DNA of 64,000 nt from Octopus sinensis (taxonomy: Eukaryota), in NCBI RefSeq assembly GCF_006345805.1, contig NC_042998.1, positions 123,504,001 through 123,568,000 on the forward strand. The letters are read 5' to 3'. Under the pieces are notes generated by a model, which was given only the letters and a program-made list of their open reading frames with translations, was not told the origin of the DNA and did no database searches. Each line of letters begins with the position of its first letter. The first letter of the stretch is position 1. Both the position numbers and the translations under genes were made by a program. Below, one piece after another: positions 1 to 12,439 of the stretch.

Positions 1-759
1 AATATTATAGACATGTGTACATTCATCATGTCAAGAAATAGGACATAAATAAATAAGACACATCTCTTCCACCTTATTAATTCGATAATAGTGTAAGTCG
101 TGTGAAAAGCTTTACTAGAAAAAAATGGGTTTTTTACGCATGGTAGAGGATGCCATACAACCGTGTCTAAAATTGCTGCGTACTCCAAATCAGTTTCTTA
201 AGTGATCATCCTGTATGGCATAATACTTATTGTTGAAATATTTCTCAACTATTTTTCGCCTGTCGGTTTACGTTTATTATCAGCATTATTTACCTTAGGG
301 CATTATTTCAAAGGCAGTCAATGAAGTTAAAGTGTACGAAACTTGATCTTTTACTTTTTTCAAATATTGTTTTCTCTATAGAAATATCAAGTATACATCT
401 ACTAGTTTAAAAGTAAATAAAAGAAAAAATATTCTCACTTTTGGGTATTTTACTTTTCATTCTGCCAGGAAAGATTTTACTCAAAACTTTGCATGTCATT
501 TATTTTTAAAAATCCATGTCATTTTGGGTCTTCTTCTCGTAACCCATTTTAAAATAAGTATTTCCAGTATACGTATCCAGCTTTTTGCATAAGTCTTGTG
601 TATGCCTCTGTGTTGAAGTTGCGTGTAATATACTAACCACGTTCTTTGTGCTAGCGATTAAAACAAAAGTGCTGTCGGCACGTATACCGGGGATTTTTCA
701 GGGTTTCATATGTTAATGGCATTTTCAATTTCTTCTTTAAATACTTCTGCGTAAATATT

Positions 760-965
760 CTTTTCTACTCTAGGCACAAGGCCCGAAATTTTGGGGGTGG
801 GAGCCAGTAGATTAGATCGACCTCAGTACGCAACTAGTACTTAATCTATCAACCCTGAAAGGATGAAGGACAAAGTCAACCTCGGTAGAATTTGAACTCA
901 GAACGTAAAGACAGACGAAATACCGCATTTCGCCACGTCTGCTAACGTTTCTGCCAGTTCGCCAC
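760..965 (-). mobile_element. SINE family A (tRNA-derived head, conserved core, tail), full-length diverged copy
   Basis: Reverse complement matches the clean copy at 17838-18071, including head GCGAACTGGCAGAAACGTTAGC, B-box-like GAGTTCAAATTC and core CCTTCATCCTTTCAGGGTTGATAGATTAAGTACTAG. Confidence 0.85.
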
Positions 966-1209
966 CCTCTTCTACTTAAATATTTACATAATGTACAGCA
1001 ACCAAATTTCTCTCTCGCAATGTTTTCCTGTTGTGTGAGAGTTCACAGTTAAATTGCAGCTGGAAATGCACATGCCAGCATTGAAATAATTCTCTCGTGT
1101 TTTTAAATATAAAAGTAAATATAATATAATACGACATCTGTACCGAACATAATGCAAAAGAGAGCATAATCTTTTCATATTATCTGGCATAGGTCGCTCA
1201 AATTGCACA

Positions 1210-2040
1210 CGTTGATAGAATAATTCCTTTTATATATTAAGTCATTTCTCAATGCTACAAACAATGCACTGTTGTATGTACTATTTCATGCATTTTCGTT
1301 TGTGTCATCTAACCATTGTCTCCAGAGATTGTCAATCATTGCATCAAATAGATGGCAATCCGAAGGTGAAACGTGATCCACTGACCCGCCGAATTTGCCG
1401 ATTATCTGACTTGTTGCAAAAGCCGAGCCTAATATGGAATGTCGGCAGTTTTCAGATTGTTATTGTTTTTGTTTTCTTTATCTCCTAATGGTTTCTCTAA
1501 TGTTTATGAGTGTCTCAGTGTAACGTTCGCTGTTCACGATATAACCACATTCCTGAGAATCAAGGACAGCAATGGTCTTCTCATACCCTGAAACAGCTAT
1601 CATGGTTTATTTTGCCGATCGTCTGTTTTTTGTTTCGACACAGTTCTTGACGAAGAAGTGCAATGCTCTATCTTCGACATAGCTTTCATTTTCCGATAAT
1701 AAACATACGCCTATGTTTCATACTCCTAGCAACAGATCGAACCAAATGAGTTATCATGAGCATCAAAAATCTTCCAGCATTAGACTAGTTCTCCGCAAAT
1801 TTCTCCATCAAATCGGTTCAAAGCTGTCGAGGTAAATCCATATGCATACATGTTCTGATATCCAAAATATTGCTCTATCATCTGTAATCTGTTTAAACAC
1901 TTGCTTCTTATGTAGCAATTGTGATTTATCGGTCGGCATGAATCAATGCGTTCAAATTTTGTAGTTCGCAGAGCCCTAACTTCTAGTTTGATTCTAAATA
2001 TATGGTGATAAATCATTGTTTTAGATGAATTAATTATAAT
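1210..2040 (-). mobile_element. Decayed mariner-type transposase remnant
   Basis: Minus-strand translation across stops gives IEQYFGYQNMYAY (cf. LGYRKVCARWVP), RRSAK*TMIAVSGYEKTIAVLDSQECGYIVNSERYTETLINIRETIRR (cf. RSAGKVMATVFWD...TINSERYIETL) and SPSDCHLFDAMIDNL (cf. APSDFHLFGPMK). Motif order matches mariner transposases. No TIRs identified. Confidence 0.6.
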
Positions 2041-2187
2041 CATTAGTCAAGAGAACCTGAATATATTTTGTGCATATGCATGTCTCGTATTGCCTTTTCT
2101 GTAAGTCTATTCTGTTCCTTCCAAATTGGTCAAATGTCACCCATCCTGATTCCGGATACTGTTATGAATTCATCGATTATTGAATGT

Positions 2188-2192
2188 ATAGG

Positions 2193-2284
<92 letters not shown>
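2188..2284. repeat. (TA)n microsatellite
   Basis: Near-perfect TA run; source of the YIYIYI pseudo-ORFs. Confidence 0.95.
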
Positions 2285-2287
<3 letters not shown>

Positions 2288-2382
2288 GGGAAGCTTTATG
2301 AAAATAAACAAAAGACGAAGGCAGGTGGAGTACAAACAAACAATTGTATTAGTATGGCGCTCAGGAATATAAATAAAACAAG

Positions 2383-2420
2383 TCTTTTACTTTTCGAGCC
2401 TACGCCAGTCAACAGAAAGA
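2383..2420 (-). ncRNA. Degenerate minimal hammerhead-ribozyme-like motif
   Basis: Minus strand reads TCTTT CTGTTGA CTGGC-GTAG-GCTC GAAA AGTA AAAGA. Stem I (TCTTT/AAAGA) is perfect; the core has A6>U and stems II/III are damaged. Confidence 0.4.
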
Positions 2421-2470
2421 TACACAGAAAAGAAACACGGAGAAAAACTAGGAGAGAAAAAAATGCGTGC

Positions 2471-2527
<57 letters not shown>

Positions 2528-3945
2528 TTGCATGTGTATGTGCGTATGTACCCGTGTGTGTGCGTGTGTGTATGTGGGTGTGTGTATGTGTGTACTTGTG
2601 TGTGTATTTATATATCGTTATACACATGTGAAAGAACATTAAATTAAAATTATCAACTTTGTAACATACTAAAAGAATATACACCCTTAAGGGGCATAAT
2701 GCTACGGAATTATCCGAGATAAAATCTCTTCATAACCGTTGATTAAAAACGCAATATATATCAGTGCGGAATGAATATAGTTGCAGGGACTCATCAGAAC
2801 AACAGACACATTTTGATTTTGTCAAAGCCACACACACGTTGGTTGTTTACTGAAACGAAATTTATGCTTCGATGTATTGAAGTCTGTGAATATTTGATTC
2901 ACTGGCATTGTGGAGAATTGCATATCTCTAGAAACTCAATATAAGCAATTGAAACAACATTAAATTAAAATCGTATCAGTGTGTCGTACTAAATGTGTAT
3001 ATATCCTTTAGTACTGGTGATCCCTGTTTAGATCAGGCAACTGATTTTTCAAAAGTTTCATTCGGTTTCTTGATGAAGCTTTCCTCGCAACATCGTGACA
3101 TACGGAGTATTCCGCGCAAATTTAGACCAGGTGGACCTCATCCAGACCCTGGTCTGATCTCAGCTGATTTCTTCCTGAAAGGGAGAAATATAAATACAAA
3201 GAAAAGAGAGTAACAGAAAATCGATGACAACAATTTTCTGAAAATTTACTCAGCGAAATCGAAAGGATCAAAGATAAAGTTGATCTTAAGGGTATTTGAA
3301 CGCAAGTGCATTTACCTGAAACGCTCAGCACAGTTTAGTCTATCCGACCTTCAACCAGGTTCGCCAATTTCTGCTAACAAACAGAATAGAAATATTCGCA
3401 CTTTCTCACAATGCGTAGTATTGCAGACCATCTTTACTGGAGATGTTAGTATTGTCGCATTGCTACAGACTTGGAGAATTAAAGCAACTAGTTTTTCATT
3501 GCAGGAAAAATTGCATACAAAGTGTGCTTTTGGACATTGGAAAAATCTTAAACTTTTGGATATGTTAAGTATTTGTTAATGGAAAGGTCTTAATGACCTT
3601 CGATACCTATTCAAATGAGGTGCTTCCCTGCTATTACTATAGTTTAGCCTTCACTACACCAAAGCCTCACCAAAGACAATCTCCAGATAAACAGAATAAT
3701 TAGCTCTTATGTTCAACAAGCCAGTCAACAGTTACTGAGAACTCAAATTTCAGAAAATACGCAGTTAATCTGAAGAATTTCATCCCATATTGTAGAGATT
3801 TTTTTTATTGAGTAGAATTCTTTGAACTACTTTCTATAATTAATTTGTGTTTAAATACTGTTCTATATTTAAGAGATGATGAAATATGTACATGGTTTAT
3901 TTTGTTTACATTTGACGGATAGTTTTCTTCATCTTTTTTGTTGTT

Positions 3946-3990
3946 AACATAACGTTTCTGCTTATATACTCTCCAGCCTTCATCAGGTGT
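3946..3990 (-). ncRNA. Minimal (Penelope-type) hammerhead ribozyme motif, stems mutated
   Basis: Minus strand reads ACAC CTGATGA AGGCT-GGAGAGTATAT-AAGCA GAAACGTT ATGT. The CUGAUGA and GAAAC cores are intact, stem III is the palindrome AACGTT, and stems I/II carry mismatches. Confidence 0.65.
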
Positions 3991-4038
3991 CATGGGAAAA
4001 TTTCGAACCTGGGTTCTCATTCCTAATGTATTTTTCGA

Positions 4039-4158
<120 letters not shown>

Positions 4159-4201
4159 TCACAGCCTGGAATCGAACTTGGGGTTTTCGCTATATGCCCA
4201 C

Positions 4202-4278
4202 GGGCATAATATGGAGCAGTGGTTAAGGGCGCGGGCTAGTAGCCCCAAGATTCTGAGTTCGATTCCAGGCAGTGATCT
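4202..4278 (+). other. tRNA-Thr(AGU)-derived Pol III head (SINE-type, not a functional tRNA)
   Basis: A box TGGAGCAGTGG (4212-4222), B box GTTCGATTCC (4257-4266), anticodon arm GGG-CTAGTAG-CCC with AGT at 4238-4240. The layout follows eukaryotic tRNA-Thr(AGU) but the acceptor stem pairs poorly. Confidence 0.7.
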
Positions 4279-4328
4279 GAATATTAATAAGAAGAAGAAT
4301 GAGAACCCAGGTTGGAAATTTCCCCAAC

Positions 4329-4372
4329 ACACCTGATGGAGGCTGAAGGGTATATCAGCCCGAACGTTGTGT
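4329..4372 (+). ncRNA. Minimal hammerhead ribozyme motif, core mutated
   Basis: ACAC CTGATGG A GGCTGA-AGGGTATA-TCAGCC CGAACGTT GTGT. Stem I (ACAC/GTGT) and the 6-bp stem II are perfect; two core positions deviate. Confidence 0.65.
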
Positions 4373-6444
4373 TAACAACAAACAGGATGAGAACAAATAT
4401 CCGTCAAATGGCAATAATATAAATAATGTATGTGTTTAAATGTATTTTCCTATATACCGACAGAACATTGTATAACAATGATATGCATATAATTATTCCG
4501 GTAATGTCTGCTTTACATTTTTATATTGGTGATAATTTATATCCTAAAAGAACTAAAATGCTTTCTTAATTCCTCAATACAGATTTTTAATTGTAGCATT
4601 TCTTCTATACCATTCCCTCCAAAGCTGAAACTTGACTTTTCGTAATCGTATAATGAGATCTGGTATTACGAACAATATGTTTAACAATGTGTCGGTTTCT
4701 TGCCTTGTTCAATAAATTATCTAAACTTTTACTAAGTATCAAAGGAATAATTAAAGACAGCATCCATCATGGGAACAATTCTGTGGTAGAACAATCAAGA
4801 CTAACACTTATATCAAAGAGAAAACGCAGTTTCACTAACATTTGAGGAAATGGATAAATAAGACGAAAAATAATACAAAACATATTCGTATCACATAATG
4901 CCAACACCATTTCTGAGCAACTAACAATAGTACGTTAGTCCATCGATTTAACAATTATTTGTCTAAAAATATATTTGCGATTTTTGTCAAAGGAAATTAT
5001 AATGAATAATAAAAATGCTGGGGGCATAAACAAAAATTGAATGAAGTGTTCGCTGTCGATTCAAAACTCACATGCTTCCAATGTATTCATTCAAAAGAAG
5101 TGCACTATTCTTCCATGCAAATCATTTACAATCAAGGAAAATAAATGAAGAATTTATCATTTGAAATATCCAACTAAGTCAAACACTCATAAACAGCTTT
5201 CCTCCATGCTTCAGATGAACAATTAATACTTTACAACTGGTTGTAGCTGATACGCAGACGGAATTGACTTCGAACAAGTAAAAGGTTCATACAGCTCTTC
5301 AGAAATAAACACAACATCCCTACACATACACGCAGAATATCTATGCACATATGCGTACACACCTAGATATAAACACAGGTCTTCCACGTCAGATATTCGA
5401 GGACGAAATTGGAAGTTTAAAAGTAATTCAAGTTGGCTTATAAGTGTTAGTGTTTAGGTTAGCTCCGGCCACACAGATGTAATATAATCCAAGTGACAGT
5501 TATTTTAGGTTATTCTATTTTATTTTAGTTTTAGGTCCACGTGTTGATAAAAGCACATACAGAAGAAAATTACTAGCTCGCTTTGAATGGATAGCAAGAC
5601 TAGCTTTAGAATAACAGACATCAGTACGTGATGCAAAAAGAGACGCGGTATATACGAGTTACTATGCGTTGAGTTTTATTTCATTATTTCGAGTTTAATT
5701 AGGGTTTTTGACATGATGATTTGGCATACGTAATTAGGTTTTAAATTTCCACATTAGCATTATCTTTTTCTGGACCAGATTTAAGTTATTTTTTAGGTTA
5801 ACCCTGGCGTATAAAATATCTTTATTTAAAAATTACAGATCATCACTGAGCGGTTCCTCATTTTCCATACGACATAGCTTACTATCTCGTTTACGTTGGC
5901 TACGTCGTAAGAGAATTTCTATGCTTAAAATTTACTAACTGCTAAAACTGAACACTACTCACGTCTCTTCAAAATTTATGCAAAACTTGTCAAAGATACT
6001 ACTCGTCTTGAGAACGCTCCAATTCTTTGAGGAATTTTATATTTATTGTTGATATTTCACGCACTTACAAAAAAAGAGAGAAAATGCATGCTTGAAAATA
6101 GGTGAATTAGTGTCCATTGAAAGCTTCTAACATTATTCATCGCTCCTTAGTTCTGTTTGTAACTTCATTATTACGATTCTCATCCTCGTTTAAATTATTC
6201 AGGAAGGGGATTATTTTTCAATGTTTTACTACATAACACTATTTTTGGAATCGCACGAATCTTTCTCGTGAATACCTATTAAGGAATAACTGTTTTACGA
6301 ATATTTATGGAGACCCAATATGTTACATGTCAACACACTCATTTTCTCTCTCCCTCACTCTCTACCACAGTTTTTCATTATTTCTATCTCTCTCTATTAC
6401 ACACACGCACACACATACATGTATCGTCTCTTTCCTATACCTGC

Positions 6445-6487
<43 letters not shown>

Positions 6488-7078
6488 CCTGAAATAGACA
6501 CAGCGGAAACTGCAAATGGAGTAGAATAGCTACATAAAGACAAAGTGACATAATGAAACCAGGGTAACAACGTACTGTATGGTGTCAAATAACACCACAG
6601 AGATAGGCTAGAAGCTAAAAATGTCGATATATTCATTTGAATTATGAAAAAAATGTCGAATTTAAATAGCGGTATAGATTGATTCAACAGAAATACGCCG
6701 ATGGATTTTCATAATATCAACAGAGTTACTTTAATGGAGCATGTATTGATGTCTTGGATCACAGATCCATAAGCCTGCTCATGCTCACTATCAGATAAAT
6801 TCCAAAGGGAAATTTAAAATTGCTATATATGATGAGAAGAAAGACGGCTTATAAGGATTAAAAATTCCTTTTGATAAAAAGAATCGAAAGATAACATATA
6901 TTCTTGCACATGAACCGATAAGAACGGAAAGTACAAACAGCGATGAGAAGTAAAATTTTTGGCATACAATGCTGGGACAATTTGCATACACATGCAGAAG
7001 TAATGGTGAGCCAAATAAATGAAGAATGAATATACACAGTTTACAAATATTTGCTTTTCCCTCGCTGTTATAATAATA

Positions 7079-7288
7079 AACTTTTCTACTATAGGCGCAA
7101 AGCCTGAAATTGGGGGGGGGGCATAATCGATTACATCGACCCGGTACACAACTGGTACTTATTTTATCTACCACGAATGGATGACAGGTAAAGTCGACAT
7201 CGCCGGAATTTGAATTCAGAAAATACAGACGGATTAAAGCTACTAAGCATTTAACCCGGCGTGCTAAAGGTTCAGCCAGCTTGCCGCA
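7079..7288 (-). mobile_element. SINE family A copy
   Basis: Reverse-complement match to the family A head, core and tail; abuts the AAT/AAC array. Confidence 0.8.
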
Positions 7289-7344
7289 ATAATAATAACA
7301 ACAACAACAACAATAATAATAATAATAATAATAAAATAATAATA

Positions 7345-7386
<42 letters not shown>
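7289..7386. repeat. (AAT)n/(AAC)n microsatellite
   Basis: Direct reading. Confidence 0.95.
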
Positions 7387-7388
<2 letters not shown>

Positions 7389-7941
7389 CCCTGATGCAGT
7401 ACCAGGCAGTGGCTCTCATGGCTTCTGATCTTAACTGATTGGAAGTGTTATCATGTACATTGTTTTGTCTTGGTATAAAAGATGGGCTACAGCAAATATT
7501 CTGCTCAATACCACAGATTTGCTTGTCAATTGTTTGACCTTAACCAGTTGAGCATGTCCCTTAGTGGCTGACGATATGTGCATCTCTGATCACGAGCAGA
7601 AGTAGTGGGGGAGCATCATAGCCATGTGTTGAGAAGGATTCTTTGGGGTTTGAATAATTCACCTCTGGAAACATGGGTGTTTCGTTCAACGTCCTTAAAC
7701 AACCCTTATTCAGGGACCTTTTGAGCGGGATGGGTTACTCGATCTGAAGAAAATTCTAACTGGGCTCCACCTGCAAGGTCATGTGCTGTTTATCTTGATA
7801 TGAGATCACCATGTCGCGCACATATGGTTGTGATGCATGTGCCTGGTGTACCCTTATCAGACGGGTAGTCATGATGGGTATACTGGGCTTCGTATATTTT
7901 ACCCCAGTGTAACTTTGATGGCATGCTCTGCTCGCTCACTC
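7387..7941 (+). mobile_element. 555-bp non-coding interspersed element flanked by (AAT)n (unclassified)
   Basis: Partial copies at 8141-8235 (+), 30319-30441 (+) and 56977-57361 (-). No long ORF and no A/B boxes seen. Strand is inferred from the AAT tail. Confidence 0.8.
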
Positions 7942-7973
<32 letters not shown>

Positions 7974-8033
7974 TAATAATAATAATAATAATAATAATAA
8001 TTGTGATAATAATAATGATAATAACAATAATAC

Positions 8034-8064
<31 letters not shown>

Positions 8065-8110
8065 TGTGATAATAATAATGATACTACTACTACTACTACT
8101 ACTACTAATA

Positions 8111-8140
<30 letters not shown>
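7942..8140. repeat. Compound (AAT)/(GAT)/(ACT) microsatellite
   Basis: Direct reading. Confidence 0.95.
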
Positions 8141-8144
<4 letters not shown>

Positions 8145-8235
8145 AGATGGGCCACATCAAATATTCTGCTCAATACCACAGATTTGCTTGTCAGTTGTTT
8201 GACCGTAACCAGTTGAGCATGTCCCTTAGTGGCTG
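8141..8235 (+). mobile_element. Internal fragment of the 555-bp element, fused to a Dong fragment
   Basis: AAATATTCTGCTCAATACCACAGATTTGCTTGTC...GTCCCTTAGTGGCTG matches about 7475-7570. Confidence 0.85.
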
Positions 8236-8626
8236 TCACGTCTCGGATGTCCTGTGCTGACACCAAACGAATACAAAAATAGCCACGATAGGGTAGGTCA
8301 GTATTTACACTGGAAAATATGTAAACACTATTAAATCAGCATTCCTTCTTACTGGTATGAATAACATCCTGAGCCAGTTGTTAAAGATAACAATGTCACT
8401 ATTCTCTGGGATTTTCCACTCAACTCTGACAGAACGATCCAGAATCAACAAAACGTAATCATTAAAGACAAGAAAGAAAATACTTGTAGACTTTTAGATG
8501 TAAGTGTTCCCGCTGATATACAAAGTAAATATATGTACCTGGAAATTGAAGTACAAAAGATGTTGTATCTTAAAGTGAGAACAGTTCCTGTTATTGTAGG
8601 TGCCCTAGGTATGATAAAAAAAAGGG
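8236..8626 (+). mobile_element. R4/Dong-clade LINE fragment (end of Zn knuckle to restriction-like endonuclease region)
   Basis: Translates to CPVLTPNEYKNSHDRVGQYLHWKICKHY...VTILWDFPLNSDRTIQ...CRLLDVSVPAD...LEIEVQKM...VPVIVGALGMIKK, with stops and frameshifts. Confidence 0.85.
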
Positions 8627-8812
8627 ATGTAAGAAACTGCCGTGTTCTGCCCCTATCGTTAGAAACACACTATCCATTTAAATGCATTGTATTCGTTACT
8701 TCCCCTCCCCAAGCTTTCAGTCATAATGTAACTTCGGTTATGCTTCACTCGCCCCAGAACGCTGGGTGTATCTCGGCAAGTTACGGTTACAAACATGTAG
8801 AGGAAAAGTAAA

Positions 8813-8859
8813 TACTACTACTACTGCTACTGCTGCTGCTACTACTACTACTACTACTA

Positions 8860-8905
<46 letters not shown>

Positions 8906-8941
8906 GCTACTACTACAACTAAAGAAGAAGAAGAAGAAGAA
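8813..8941. repeat. (ACT)n then (AGA)n microsatellite
   Basis: Direct reading. Confidence 0.95.
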
Positions 8942-10287
8942 GGGAATTTGGACTCAAGAAGTGTGGAATAATCTACCGAAAAGGAGGCAAGGTACATTCC
9001 CTAGCAGGGATAGAATTAGCGAATAGAGACTTGATTAAACAAATTGAAATGGAAGGGCACAGATACCTTGGTGTATTAAAGTTCAACGAGATAGTGGAAA
9101 AGGAAATGGAAGTGCAGCTGAGGATGTAGTATTTTCGAAGTCTGAGGTTACTATTGCGCTCAAAGATGATGGATGGAATAAAATCCAAGCAGTTAATACG
9201 TGGACGATAGCATCACTTCGGTATGGAGCGGGAATTATAAAATGGCAAAAGAGAGAAATGAGGAAAATAGATAATAAGACCAGAAAATGTTGACAGTATA
9301 GGGAGTCTTCCATCCTAAGGGTGACGCTGATAGGCTTTACTTCTCCAGAAGAAGGGTAGGAGAGGTTTGATCAGTTTCCACGTCTGTATAGAAGCAGAAG
9401 AAAACAAGCTAGGGTGGAGCCACTCTTGAAACACACGAAAAAGGCCGGGGTCATCTAAACTGAAAATTGTATAACTAAAGATAAATTTAAACAAGGAATG
9501 ACCAGTTTGCAAGAAATGTGAACGCCATGACAGATACAAAAGACCGGTAGCTATGAATGAGGAGTAGTGACCTGAAGATAGAGAAAAAAATCATTCATAT
9601 GCACAGTTCAGGAACAAGAGTTAAGGATAAATTATATGAAGTACAGACTAGGTAATACCACCGGTTGTGACAAATGCAGAATGTGTGGTGAGAGGAGTGA
9701 AACTGTATGGCAAATCATTAGCGAATGCCCGAAATTGGCACAACGCGAATACGCCATAACATAATGGTGAGAATGCCCAGAAAGCGCAAAGGCGTGGTAT
9801 GAGCAAGCTCCAGAAGGAGTCACCTAAAATGAGAATTGCAAAATCCTGTTGGATGCAATGATCCAGTGCGATCATCCGACCAGACATAGGAAACCAGACG
9901 TCGTTGTGGTGAATAAAAAAGACAGAACATATATGGAAATTGACATAACATGCCCCGGTGACAACAGGGTCACTGTGAAAGAATAAGGGAAAATAAATAT
10001 GACGATCGGAAGTGGGAAATACGATGGTTGAGATTATATGAAATACGATGGAAGAGAGTAGTCGTGATACCAATAGTAATGGTGCACTTGGAAGTATCAA
10101 AACACTCAACAACCAACATGGCTGAAAAAGAATGGTGCAAGTGTGAAGGTAGAACACCTACAAAAATCAGCGTTGCTTGGAATTGCAAGAATCTTCGCAG
10201 GGTTCTTGAAGCATGACTAGTAAGAAAGTGTCGCCTTAGTCTGTTGGCAGTGAACAACTGACACATTCCATCATACTGAACAAAATA
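8942..10287 (+). mobile_element. 5'-truncated R4/Dong-clade LINE (late RT, CCHC knuckle, REL endonuclease, 3' UTR)
   Basis: EFGLKKCG...YLGV...AVNTW...LRYGAG...LHPKGDADRLY...CRMCGERSETVWQIISECPKLAQREY...ILLDAMIQCDHPTRHRKPDVVVV...LLGIARILRRVLEA* (stop at 10216), read across several frameshifts. Confidence 0.9.
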
Positions 10288-10486
<199 letters not shown>

Positions 10487-11269
10487 ACGTGGACGTGCTA
10501 TATCGGGCACCCCATTCCAAAACAAACCTAATGCAATAACATCGATGGAATTAAATAAAGGAACCTGTGGAAGACTTGAATGAAGTGGTTTTTCACGAAA
10601 ATAATTTTAAAAAACGAAATTTTACTGCCATACAAAGCATAGTTTCTACTATGCGCGATGTCTCAGTGAAACGTGCGAAACAAACACACGAAATGAACAC
10701 CGGAAAGTTACAAATTATAAAACAGAAGTGGAACAAAACTCTAAGTACATAAATTAAGTAATTAAGCGTTCACTCGAATGTGCAAACAATCATATGTACA
10801 TTTTGATACATATGGGGCTACAGATACATCTCAATGTTTGCACTACATGAAACTTGCAGGACACACATTCACTCACATGAAGACACATTTCACAAACGAA
10901 GCAACATCCAAAAGCAAAACTGTTTTTTTTTCTTTTTTCTTGTTTTGATTTTTGAAGTAACACAGACACAGCGAACCATTCATAAGTTTTAAAACACTAC
11001 AAAAAAACTTTGCTCGGAGATAATCCTGTCAAAAACAATACAGACGAATACAGATCTGTTAGTTTTAAGAAGCTACAGTACGAGCAATGTTTACATGCAA
11101 AATATTGACCCTAAACAGATAAATCCGTCCCGTAATGTCAACGTCGAAGCTCGTCATGCGTCATTGATAACAAAGCAAATTACCATCCAAATTAGTCGTC
11201 GACCGATTCACACAGGGCCACGTACTAGATATAGACATGTTAGACTTAAGAAGCTACCTTACGAGCAAT

Positions 11270-11610
11270 GCTTACATCGTTGTGAGTAAAGGGATTGAAA
11301 AAATCACGAAGTACTCCGAATTGAAAGTGGAAGTGGCAAGAATGTATGGAATTCGGGAGGGTAATGTAAAAGCGATACCAGTGGTGATCAGAGCGTTGGA
11401 CTCAATCCCATTGAAACTGCATGACTTCTTAAGGCAACTGGAAATCCCATGCATGATTGTTGTCTTGCAAAAGGCAGCCTTATTGGGCAAGGCGCACATC
11501 TTAAGAAAGTATTATCTGTCTGAGGTACTTGTTGTGACTTGACAGATGATTAAAGCCTCCGGTGCATTTTACCTCCACTGTGTTACGAATAAGTAATAAT
11601 AATAATAATA
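11270..11610 (+). mobile_element. Dong-clade LINE 3' fragment with AAT tail
   Basis: ORF 11237-11542 contains EKITKYSELKVEVARMY...IPVVIRALDSIP...LQKAALLGKAHILRK, the typical R4/Dong C-terminus. Confidence 0.85.
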
Positions 11611-11644
11611 GTTATGATGATAATGATAATGATGATGATGACGT

Positions 11645-12425
11645 ATGTATGGTAGAAGCGTCGGGGTTGAAACTCCAGGCATCTCCAATAAGAAGCAGCC
11701 GTCATTAAACATTGCAGCTAGATTCCAAAACGCGACCTACTTACACAATGCATAATATTCAACTGTATCTTCTTGGACTACCTCAAGACCTCCTGATGCT
11801 TGGCTTAGCTTGAAGAATCTGTCTTGTTCAGCTCCCCTACAACATTGTAATCACATGCCCACAGTGCCGGAGCTATGTCAATCAATACCACGGAGCAGTA
11901 GATCTATCTGAAGAGGCTCCGTGAACTCTGAGTAACGCATCATCTCCGGTAACTTTACTCCAAAAACCTTTCGGAGGTATCCCATTTCAGTAGCTTGTAT
12001 TCAGGATCGTACACTTTTGGACATTATCCAACATTCATGATCACGTGCCAGGATACGCACGAAAACCGAATTGAAGACGAGTTTGGCTTCTCACCATCCT
12101 CTCCTTTCCTGAGGATGAATGATGAAACTGACGAATTACTCTACCAGTACCTGTACTTCTAGCATCCAGTTCAGTCTACTGCTTCCCGTCACACATGAAT
12201 AATGCTCCAGGATACTTAAACTTCTCCATTTATCTCAGTGGTGTTCTAACATACTAAGTGCACTAAGAAAACTTTCTGAAGAAAGCCACTAGTACAGTCT
12301 ACTAATTCTTCTCGCTGCCCGACAGCATTCTTTAGCGAATCTCTTCATTACATCTTTGGATGTCAACTCCTGATGAGCCAAAAGCACCTTTAGCAATGAA
12401 ACAAGATAGACTGTTCTAAGGATAG
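11645..12425 (-). mobile_element. RTE-clade LINE 3' part (from RT domain 5 to the end)
   Basis: Minus-strand pieces EKFKYPGALFMCDGK, ECWIMSKSVRS*IQATEMGYLRKVFGV and a decayed RHCGHVI...RGSPRR region follow the RTE motif order. Confidence 0.75.
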
Positions 12426-12439
12426 TGAGTCTCCTTATT

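Noticed and set aside
2995-3350. Possible Tc1/mariner C-terminal relic (PDPGLISADFFLKG, cf. SPDL..DFFLWG)
   Set aside because: Only one short motif with weak similarity and no TIR.
3590-3810. Possible Penelope ORF N-terminal relic (SSYVQQASQQLLRTQISE) next to the hammerhead arm
   Set aside because: Similarity is from memory and too weak, and its orientation is opposite to the adjacent arm; a profile search is needed.
4202-4278. Functional tRNA-Thr gene
   Set aside because: The acceptor stem pairs poorly, there is no T-run terminator, and it is fused to a repeat unit; annotated as a SINE-type head instead.
12369-12410. CTGATGA...GAAAC hammerhead-like spacing
   Set aside because: No convincing stem II or stem I pairing, and it lies on the antisense strand of RTE RT coding sequence, so it is treated as chance.
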